In this document: positions 56,067 to 64,000 of the stretch, piece after piece | How positions within the stretch are numbered: the first letter of the stretch is position 1 | How the letters are laid out: each line of letters opens with the position of its first letter | Notes under the pieces: model-generated | Seen by the model: only the letters and a program-made list of their open reading frames with translations | Databases searched by the model: none | Told to the model about the DNA's origin: nothing | Position numbers and translations under genes: made by a program | Assembly: GCA_046313635.1 (NCBI GenBank) | Contig: JBKBYA010000005.1 | Coordinates: forward strand, 169,529 to 233,528 | From: Pyrinomonadaceae bacterium | GTDB lineage: Bacteria; Acidobacteriota; Blastocatellia; Pyrinomonadales; Pyrinomonadaceae | Reading direction: 5' to 3' | Length of the DNA stretch: 64,000 nucleotides

Positions 56067-57353
56067 ATGACCAGACACGCCGCCGCTCTGCTTCTCTCGA
56101 TCATCGCTGTTCTCTGTTTTGCCGGGCCGTCATTCGGCCAGGCGCTCAATACCGACGAGCAAAGTATAGTCGCGTCGGTCGACGCCGCACGCGACGAGGC
56201 CGTCGCGTTTCTCGAGAAGGTCGTAAATGTCGACTCGCCGACCGAGGACCTTACCGGTGTGCGAGCGGTGGGCGAGTTGTTTCGAAAGGAATTCGAAGCG
56301 ATGGGCATGACGACGCGGTGGATCGACATGCCGGCGGACGCGAAACGCGCCGGCCATCTCATCGCCGAGACCAAAGGCGGCCGCAAGGGAAAGCGTCTTT
56401 TATTGCTCGGGCATCTCGACACGGTACTCCGAGGTGAGAAGTTTCGCCGCGACGGCACGCGCGCCTTCGGCACGGGCATCGGCGATATGAAGGGCGGCAA
56501 CGTGATCGTGCTGTACGCGCTCAAGGCTCTGCACAATGCCGGACTCTTAAAGGACACGCAGATCGTCGTTATGTTTACAGGCGACGAAGAGAACTCGTGC
56601 GACCCGATCGAGGTTTGCCGCGGCGATATGATCGCGGCGGCTCGCCGGAGCGACGCGGCGCTGAGCTTTGAAGGTACGATCGGCAATACCGCCACCGTCG
56701 GCCGTCGCGGCTCGAGCTCGTGGCGGCTCGTCGTCGATGCCAAGACCGGACATTCGAGCCAGATCTTTCGCGACTCGATGGGCTATGGCGCGATATACGA
56801 GGCGGCGCGCATTCTCAACGAGTTTCGCGAGACGCTGAGCAAAGAAAAATATCTCACCTTCAATCCCGGAATGATCGTCGGCGGCACGACCGCCGAATCG
56901 AAGAACGCCGTCGGCGGCGCGACCGGCAAGACCAACGTCGTGGCGGCCACAGCGGTCGTCACGGGCGATCTGCGATTCATCAGCGAAGAGCAGAAAGAGA
57001 CGGCCCGCGCAAAGATGCGCGAGATCGTCGCCAAGAGTCTCCCGGGAACAAAGGCGACGATCAAGTTCGAGGACGGCATACCCGCGATGACGCCGGTCGA
57101 GGGCAACTACGAGCTGCTCCGCCGGCTCGATCAGGTCAGCCAAGACCTCGGCTACGGCAAGGTCGAGGCCCTCGATCCCGGCGACCGCGGAGCCGGTGAT
57201 ATCGCCTTCGTCTCCGGCATAATTCCCGGCCTCGACGGGCTCGGGATCGGCGGCGGAGGCAACTCTCACGCTAAAGGCGAATACGCAGATCTGGCCTCGA
57301 TGCCGATGCTGATCAAACGTGCCGCCGTACTGATCTACCGTATGACCAGATAG
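56067..57353 (+). CDS. M20 family exported peptidase (carboxypeptidase G2-like)
   Basis: Start MTRHAAALL at 56067; GHLDTV, GIGDMKGG, GDEE, GHSS, SHAKGE. Confidence 0.88.
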   Translation: MTRHAAALLLSIIAVLCFAGPSFGQALNTDEQSIVASVDAARDEAVAFLEKVVNVDSPTEDLTGVRAVGELFRKEFEAMGMTTRWIDMPADAKRAGHLIAETKGGRKGKRLLLLGHLDTVLRGEKFRRDGTRAFGTGIGDMKGGNVIVLYALKALHNAGLLKDTQIVVMFTGDEENSCDPIEVCRGDMIAAARRSDAALSFEGTIGNTATVGRRGSSSWRLVVDAKTGHSSQIFRDSMGYGAIYEAARILNEFRETLSKEKYLTFNPGMIVGGTTAESKNAVGGATGKTNVVAATAVVTGDLRFISEEQKETARAKMREIVAKSLPGTKATIKFEDGIPAMTPVEGNYELLRRLDQVSQDLGYGKVEALDPGDRGAGDIAFVSGIIPGLDGLGIGGGGNSHAKGEYADLASMPMLIKRAAVLIYRMTR

Positions 57354-57375
57354 CCCGATCGCTCAAAAAGTAAAT

Positions 57376-57409
57376 GGCGGCCCGGGAACGCAGATATCCG
57401 GGCCGCCGA
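57376..57409. terminator. Hairpin between convergent genes
   Basis: GGCGGCCCGG...CCGGGCCGCC. Confidence 0.5.
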
Positions 57410-57430
57410 CAACGGAACGTTAACGGCGAT

Positions 57431-58213
57431 CTAGAACAGCACGCGCTCGCCGACGACGAGCTTTGAAACTTTGAAATCAAAAGTGCGCGGGAGCATGTAC
57501 GCCCAGCGGTTACGGCTGTCGAGGAAAGTGTTGGCAAAGACGAACCTGAACTCTTTGGTCTCGGGCGTGATCAGCAGATTGCCTGCGTCGTCCGTTCGCT
57601 TGAAGAAAAAGACCGCGGAATCGTCGGCCGACTTCGGCGCGATGAACTGGATCAATTCCCGACTCTCGCCCTTGTCGTTCACGAGTTTTACATTGCCCTT
57701 CAGGTCCTCGAGCGTAAGCGTCTGGAAGATGCCCTCGTCGATGCCTCTCGCGTCCTTATCGCGGAATCTGGTCAACGTGAGCACGTAATAGTCCTTGCAG
57801 ATCGCGCAATCGAGAAACGTCTTGCGGCTGGCGTCAAACTTCGCCTTGTCGTCGGCGCTCATCTTATCGTAGCCGGCCGCGGCCTGCTGCAGTCTGACGG
57901 TCGCCTTTCGCAGCACCTCGGACGAGTGAAGCCGGAGGGTCACGGGCGGCGGGCCGAGATATCGAGAGACACTGCGGGGATTTGAGCCGCCGCTGTAAAC
58001 GTTCTGCGCCTGCTCGCGGCCGACGGCCGCCGCATCCGCAGCCGCTCCGCCCGAGGTCGACTGATACGGCTTTGCCCACGGTGAATCATTCACGATCCTC
58101 TGGGCCTCTTCGATGCCGAATTTATCGATCGGCTTGTCGTAATCCTTTTGAGCAACAGCCGGGAGTGCGGAGCAGCAGAATATCAAGAACAGAAAACATC
58201 TTAGGAGCTTCAT
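57431..58213 (-). CDS. Hypothetical exported protein
   Basis: Start MKLLRCFLF at 58213 with AAGGAAG upstream; signal peptide; DSPWAK motif. Confidence 0.75.
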   Translation of the reverse strand: MKLLRCFLFLIFCCSALPAVAQKDYDKPIDKFGIEEAQRIVNDSPWAKPYQSTSGGAAADAAAVGREQAQNVYSGGSNPRSVSRYLGPPPVTLRLHSSEVLRKATVRLQQAAAGYDKMSADDKAKFDASRKTFLDCAICKDYYVLTLTRFRDKDARGIDEGIFQTLTLEDLKGNVKLVNDKGESRELIQFIAPKSADDSAVFFFKRTDDAGNLLITPETKEFRFVFANTFLDSRNRWAYMLPRTFDFKVSKLVVGERVLF

Positions 58214-58424
58214 AATTACTTCCTTCTGGAGGTGAAATAGATGGACCCGAGAATTGTAGTGCACGGCATTTGGGTAATCAAACGCCGAGCAGGTGCGGCG
58301 GCGGTCGCGACCATTTGTCGACCGCCGAGAGGCCGTGGGCCGGCCCGGATCGATTAGCCGGGCCGCCCGGATCGCTAGTATCATTACGAGAGCTTTCGAG
58401 CGATCGCTCGCGCATTTCACCGGT

Positions 58425-59720
58425 ATGTCTCGATCACAAACTTACCTTCGCGGCCTTGCGTACAGGCTCCTCCCGACACTCGCGTTGATCGCGGCCCTCG
58501 TATCCGCTCAGCCGGCTCAGACGATACAGCGCACGCGGCCCGAGAATGTCGGGCTCTCTGCAGAAAGGCTCTCGCGGCTCTCGGCCGTGCTGGACGGGTA
58601 CGTCAGGGACAATGCTCTCGCCGGCGGCGTCGCCATGGTCGCACGTCGCGGAAAGGTGGCGTACTCGCACGTCTTCGGCTACCGAGACCGAGAGGCAAGG
58701 TCGCCGATGCGCGAGGACACGATCTTTCGCATCGCCTCGCAGACCAAGCTGATCACGAGCGTCGGCGTGATGATGCTGCAGGAAGAAGGCCGGCTGTTGA
58801 CCAGCGACCCGGTCGGAAAGTACATCCCCGAGTTCAACGAGACGACCGTCGCCGTCGCAAAGGCGGACGGCGGCTACGACGTCGTCAAGGCCACGCGAAA
58901 GATCACGATCCGCGACCTGCTCACGCACACCGCCGGCATCGGCTACGGGAGCGGGCCGGCAAAAGATAAATGGGAGGCCGCGGGCATCACGGGCTTTTAC
59001 ACGGCCGACCTCGACGAGCCGATCGGCGAGACCGTTCGCCGGATGGACGCGCTGCCGATGGACGCGCAGCCCGGCGAAAAGTACGTTTACGGTTACGCGA
59101 ACGAGATACTCGGCGTCGTCATCGAGCAGGCGAGCGGGCAAGACCTCGACACGTTTCTCCGCACGCGGATCTTTGAGCCGCTGGCGATGAAGGACACCTC
59201 CTTCTATCTGCCCGAGAATAAGGCCGATCGCCTTGCGGCCGTTTACGCCGCAGGCAGCGACGGCAAGATCACGCGTGCCCCGGAGACCGGCCGCCATCTC
59301 GCTCAGGGAGCGTACGTCCGCGGGCCGCGAAAGAGCTATGCCGGCGGCGCGGGCCTGATCTCGACGGCCGAAGACTATCTGAGATTTTTGTTGATGCTCG
59401 CAAATGGCGGCGAGCTGAACGGAAAGCGGATCTTGGGCCGCAAATCGGTCGAGCTGATCGCCGCGGACCACCTGCGCTCGATCCCGTTTCGCGACGGTCA
59501 GGGATTCGGCTTCGGCGTGAGCGTGACAAAGGACGTCGGAGCCCGCGGCGTGCCTTCGTCGGTCGGCGAGTACGGCTGGGGCGGAGCGTACCATTCGATC
59601 TTTTGGATCGACCCCAAAGAGCAGCTCATCGTCGTCTATATGTCGCAGCTCATCCCAGCGGGCCAGATCGACGACCACGGCAAGCTGCGATCTCTCGTTT
59701 ACCAGGCGATCGTCGATTAG
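58425..59720 (+). CDS. Serine hydrolase, beta-lactamase (class C-like) family
   Basis: Signal peptide, FRIASQTK (SxxK), LLTHTAG, QPGEKYVYG, WGGAY. Confidence 0.88.
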   Translation: MSRSQTYLRGLAYRLLPTLALIAALVSAQPAQTIQRTRPENVGLSAERLSRLSAVLDGYVRDNALAGGVAMVARRGKVAYSHVFGYRDREARSPMREDTIFRIASQTKLITSVGVMMLQEEGRLLTSDPVGKYIPEFNETTVAVAKADGGYDVVKATRKITIRDLLTHTAGIGYGSGPAKDKWEAAGITGFYTADLDEPIGETVRRMDALPMDAQPGEKYVYGYANEILGVVIEQASGQDLDTFLRTRIFEPLAMKDTSFYLPENKADRLAAVYAAGSDGKITRAPETGRHLAQGAYVRGPRKSYAGGAGLISTAEDYLRFLLMLANGGELNGKRILGRKSVELIAADHLRSIPFRDGQGFGFGVSVTKDVGARGVPSSVGEYGWGGAYHSIFWIDPKEQLIVVYMSQLIPAGQIDDHGKLRSLVYQAIVD

Positions 59721-61090
59721 GCGTTTGCCACAGAGGCTTTTGAAATTATCTCTCCGACCAGATCGTATTCGTGGGCCTCGGTGATGCGGACGTTGTAGAT
59801 CTCGCCGATGCGAGGCTCGAAGTTCTCGGGCATATCGTTGATCAGAATGTAGCCGTCGATATCCTGCGTCTGCCCTTCGAGCCGGCCCTGAAACAAGAGG
59901 TCGGATTCCTGCGACAGCCCCTCGAACATTACCGGGAACGTCCGGCCTATCTTTGCCCGGTTGAGCTGCTTGCTGATCTTTGCCTGTTCTTTCATCAGGC
60001 GGCTGCGGCGCTGCCTGGCGACCTTTGGATCGACCTTGTTCGGCAGTTCATAGGCCGGTGTTCCCTCTTCGTCGGAGTAGGTAAAGACGCCGACATTGTC
60101 GAAACGGCAGTTGCGGACGAACGTCATCAGCTCTTCAAAATCCTCTTCGGTCTCGCCCGGAAATCCGGTGATGAATGTCGTGCGGATCGTAATGCCAGGC
60201 ACTCTCGCTCTCACTCGCTCGATCAGACGCTCGAGAGACTCGCGTGTGCCGCCGCGCCTCATCAGTTTGAGGACGTTTCGCGACGCGTGCTGCAGCGGCA
60301 TGTCGAGATACTTGACCGCCTTTGGCGTCTCGGCGATCGCGGCGAGGAACGCGTCCGAGATGTGAGTTGGATATGCGTACATCACGCGGACCCATTTGAG
60401 CTCATCGATCTCGCCGAGCGCTCGGATCAAAGCGGCAAGCGCGTCCACCTCGCCGAGATCTTCGCCGTAGCGTGACGAATCCTGTGCGATTAGAACGACC
60501 TCTTTGACTCCCTGTTTTGCCAGGTTTCTCGCTTCCTCGACGATCGAGCCGAACCGCCGCGAGCGAAACGAGCCGCGCATTCCGGGTATCGAGCAGAACG
60601 CGCAGGGCCGGTCGCAGCCTTCGGCGATCTTGATAAAAGCCGTGTGCGACGCCGTCGCGCGGTACCGCGGCGTGTCAAAGTCGTAAAGGTACGTCGCCGA
60701 CTTGTTGCCGATCGGCAGCAGCGGCAGCTCGCGGAAATTCTTTTTCTCGTCGGCCGCTTCAAGAATGCGGCCGACCTCATTCGTCCCGATAAAAGCGTCC
60801 ACCTCGGGCAGCTCCTTCATCAGGTCGTCGCGATAACGCTCGACGAGACAGCCGGCGACGACGACGCGTCGAGCCTTGCCCTCACTCTTGAGACGCGTCG
60901 CCTCGAGGATCGCGTCAACAGACTCCTGCTTCGCGGACTCGATAAAGCCGCAGGTATTGACGACGACCGTCTCGGCCTCGTCGGCGTTGTTTGTTATCTC
61001 ATAGCCGGCCTCTATGAGCTGGCCCATCATCACTTCAGAATCGACAAGATTCTTTGGGCAGCCGAGGCTGACAAATCCGACTTTTTTCAT
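59717..61090 (-). CDS. rimO: Ribosomal protein S12 methylthiotransferase
   Basis: SLGCPKNLVDSE, NTCGFI, CDRPCAFC radical-SAM motif, YAYP, C-terminal TRAM. Confidence 0.95.
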   Translation of the reverse strand: MKKVGFVSLGCPKNLVDSEVMMGQLIEAGYEITNNADEAETVVVNTCGFIESAKQESVDAILEATRLKSEGKARRVVVAGCLVERYRDDLMKELPEVDAFIGTNEVGRILEAADEKKNFRELPLLPIGNKSATYLYDFDTPRYRATASHTAFIKIAEGCDRPCAFCSIPGMRGSFRSRRFGSIVEEARNLAKQGVKEVVLIAQDSSRYGEDLGEVDALAALIRALGEIDELKWVRVMYAYPTHISDAFLAAIAETPKAVKYLDMPLQHASRNVLKLMRRGGTRESLERLIERVRARVPGITIRTTFITGFPGETEEDFEELMTFVRNCRFDNVGVFTYSDEEGTPAYELPNKVDPKVARQRRSRLMKEQAKISKQLNRAKIGRTFPVMFEGLSQESDLLFQGRLEGQTQDIDGYILINDMPENFEPRIGEIYNVRITEAHEYDLVGEIISKASVANA

Positions 61091-61091
61091 C

Positions 61092-63299
61092 CTATGAACT
61101 TTCCGTGTGCATTGCCCGTTCGACAGCGGCGGCAAACCTATCGAGCGAGCGTTCTATCTCCTCGACCTCCTCGGAGGTCAGTTCCACATTTCCGAACCTG
61201 ACAGAGTTATAGAGCTCGGTCAAGCGGACCGCTTCGGGGCGGCCGGTGGCAAAGGCAAACTCAAGCGGAGTTTGATGCGGCGGCCGCACGATGCCTTTGT
61301 CCGCCAAGATGCGAAGCATGCGATCGTAAAATTCGACGACCGAGACCGCGGGCCGCCGTCTGACCCGATCCGTCAGCCGGCGCCACAGCCCCGAACGCAA
61401 AATTCTCCGGACCGCCCAGATACTCAGAAGCAGAACGCCCGAGGCCGCAAGTAAATATGCCGCAGCAGTGCCCGCCGCAGCAGCCATGGCTGCACCTCCT
61501 CGCTGGCCGCTCACGTCGCGAAACCATTCGGTCATCAAATTCTGCACGCGGCTCAGCATCGATGATGTGCGGGCCTGATATTCCGACAGGCCGCTTCGGA
61601 CCGAACGCATCAGAGAGCGCTGCTCCTGATTGTCGTAGGCGACGAAGTACTGGATCCAATAGGTCTCGAGGGCGTCCATATACTTTCGCAGGCTGCCGGC
61701 GAACCCAAGCGTCTGGGCCGGCGCGACCTGCCCGACCGGCGGCGTAGGGTCGAAAGTAATCCAGCTCCTTTCGCCGGGAAAATAGACCTCGACCCAAGAA
61801 TGCGCATTCTTTTGCCGAACGACATAAACGTCGGCCGTGTCGTTGTAGTCGCCCTGATGAAAGCCGTTGACGACACGGGCCGCGATGCCTTGGGTTCGGA
61901 GCATTATCGCCATCGCCGAAGCAAAATATTCGCAGTGCCCGGCGCGAACGTCGAACAAGAAACTAGCCAGCGGATCAGGCCCGCCGGCCCGCGGCTCGAG
62001 CGTGTACGAGAATTCGGTCTGGAGATACCGCTCGAGAGCACGGGCCTTGTCGTACCGAGACTGCGCAGAGGCGGTGACCTGCTTTGCCAGTGGAGCAATG
62101 CGGGGATCGAGGCTGCCGGGAAGCTGCAGGTATTCGCGATCGGAGGCCTGATACTTTTGGTTGTCGGCGCGAAGACGATCGGCCGGCGGGACGGACCGGT
62201 CCGAAAAGACGCGGTAAATGATTCGTTCGGAAAACCTTGAAGACGTGAGCCCGCCGGCGTCGTCACGATAGATCGCCGGCAGCGACGACTGCAGAGCGAC
62301 GATCCGCGGCAGACCGAAGAGCACCGAAGTGTCGAGCGGTTCGAGATAGACGGTCTGCACGAGCAAATTGTCGCGGCCCGAGGTGAGATCGACAGGGACG
62401 AGATCGCGTTCGCCTTTTTCGAGTCGGACACGCGACGATCCGCCGTCGGAACGCCGCCAGGATTCGCCATCGAATTCGTCAAGCGCGATGCCGCGAAAGT
62501 AAAGATCAGGCTGCTCATCGCGTACGGCCTCGAGCCTGACACGCATGACGATCTCGTTGCTCTGCTGGATCCGGCTGATCCCGCCGAGCCGCACTACATC
62601 AGAGAATCCCGAAACGGCGGAAACGCTGTTCTGTGCTCCGCCAAATCCAGCGCCGCCGACACGCGGAAGAAAAAAGAACATCGGCAGCCCGAGCATGACG
62701 ATCAAAACGATCAACGCCGCGGCCGCACCGAGGATCCTGCCCGATCGGCCGGACGGCCCTGCTCCTGAACGAGTTTCGCGAAGGGCCGACGTTACCGGCC
62801 GGATCCGGGCGGCGACACCTCGTGCCGTTTTTCTGATCTCAAACGCGACGATCGCGCAGACCGCCGCAAGCATGAAAGCAAGCAGCGACGCCAGGTAACT
62901 CGCGCTGACGCTGAGGCCTGCCGCAAGCAAGACCTCAAAGAATGCCATCAAATAGAGAAATATCCAGTCGCGATCGGACTTTTTCTGAAGCAGCTTGATC
63001 GCCGTTAGCGAAAGAATAAGTCTGCCCAGCAGGTCAGCGACGGCCGTTGCTCCGCTCGGGACCGTAAACAGTTGCAACTTCCAAGCTGCAAAGTACACAG
63101 GCAGAGCTGCAACGATCAGTCCCGTCCCCAACCGCTCGGAGATCTGGAACCGACGTCCCTCGATCGCCCACGCCCACGCCATTACAGCGCAGAAGAGACC
63201 TGAACCGACGACGCCAAAACTCCCCGAGACCCACAGTGCAAGAAAGCCGCAGAATACGACTGCATACGAGATCAGGTAAAAGAACTTCTCGAAGCTCAT
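61092..63299 (-). CDS. tgpA: Transglutaminase-like membrane protein TgpA (DUF3488-TGase-DUF4129 architecture)
   Basis: N-terminal TM region, GHCEYFAS, AHSWVEVY, WITFDPTP, C-terminal QTPLEFA..YNSVRFG. Confidence 0.85.
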   Translation of the reverse strand: MSFEKFFYLISYAVVFCGFLALWVSGSFGVVGSGLFCAVMAWAWAIEGRRFQISERLGTGLIVAALPVYFAAWKLQLFTVPSGATAVADLLGRLILSLTAIKLLQKKSDRDWIFLYLMAFFEVLLAAGLSVSASYLASLLAFMLAAVCAIVAFEIRKTARGVAARIRPVTSALRETRSGAGPSGRSGRILGAAAALIVLIVMLGLPMFFFLPRVGGAGFGGAQNSVSAVSGFSDVVRLGGISRIQQSNEIVMRVRLEAVRDEQPDLYFRGIALDEFDGESWRRSDGGSSRVRLEKGERDLVPVDLTSGRDNLLVQTVYLEPLDTSVLFGLPRIVALQSSLPAIYRDDAGGLTSSRFSERIIYRVFSDRSVPPADRLRADNQKYQASDREYLQLPGSLDPRIAPLAKQVTASAQSRYDKARALERYLQTEFSYTLEPRAGGPDPLASFLFDVRAGHCEYFASAMAIMLRTQGIAARVVNGFHQGDYNDTADVYVVRQKNAHSWVEVYFPGERSWITFDPTPPVGQVAPAQTLGFAGSLRKYMDALETYWIQYFVAYDNQEQRSLMRSVRSGLSEYQARTSSMLSRVQNLMTEWFRDVSGQRGGAAMAAAAGTAAAYLLAASGVLLLSIWAVRRILRSGLWRRLTDRVRRRPAVSVVEFYDRMLRILADKGIVRPPHQTPLEFAFATGRPEAVRLTELYNSVRFGNVELTSEEVEEIERSLDRFAAAVERAMHTESS

Positions 63300-63369
63300 C
63301 AGCGATGCCGTATTCGATTATAGATGACTTCGCCGCTCGAAGCCGCCCGGACCGCAATCCACAAAAAGC

Positions 63370-63402
63370 AAAAGGCCCGTTCGAATTCGAACGAGCCTTT
63401 TT
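63370..63402 (-). terminator. rRNA operon terminator
   Basis: AAAAGGCCCGTTCG-AATT-CGAACGAGCCTTTT immediately downstream of the 5S gene. Confidence 0.8.
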
Positions 63403-63410
63403 GAATTAGA

Positions 63411-63527
<117 letters not shown>

Positions 63528-63619
63528 ACTGTGCGATATCAATCACTGATACCTAACAACTGAATACATGCTCTCTTTCCTACAAGCTGCTTGATCGAAT
63601 TTGCTTGCAAACAAATTTT

Positions 63620-64000
<381 letters not shown>

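Overview
A 64 kb, GC-rich stretch of mostly core chromosome, probably from an Acidobacteriota (Blastocatellia/Pyrinomonadaceae-like) bacterium. That placement is inferred from the acidobacterial-type VWA protein, the NtrYX pair, a RomR-like regulator and the overall gene set. In order the window holds: the 5' part of an alpha-2-macroglobulin-like gene that the ORF track missed; pspA with an uncharacterised membrane coiled-coil partner; a PilT-family ATPase; an ATP-grasp ligase; TPR proteins; an ECF sigma/ZAS anti-sigma pair; an AttH-like hydrolase; a Ser/Thr kinase locus; a VWA protein; tRNA-Arg(ACG); an M3 peptidase; ntrY-ntrX; a CPBP protease; nadC, valS, a romR-like gene and pdxA; a reduced dcw cluster (rsmH-ftsL-ftsI-murF-mraY-murD-ftsW-murG-murC-ftsQ-ftsA-ftsZ, lacking mraZ, murE, murB and ddl); a ZIP transporter; psd-pssA; a coupled DegT aminotransferase / TPR-CBM / O-antigen-ligase trio; nth; several secreted peptidases; rimO; tgpA; and the 5S rRNA plus the 3' end of the 23S rRNA. 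I saw no prophage, transposase, integrase, CRISPR array or recognisable defence island. The best leads are (1) tandem NrdR-like boxes 31 bp apart upstream of ftsZ, (2) the coupled aminotransferase/TPR-CBM/ligase module as a candidate protein-glycosylation unit, (3) the pspA operon with an unknown partner and a possible ECF promoter, (4) a RomR-like polarity regulator next to valS, and (5) three different REP-like inverted-repeat elements. All family calls come from motif recognition by eye; no database searches were run.
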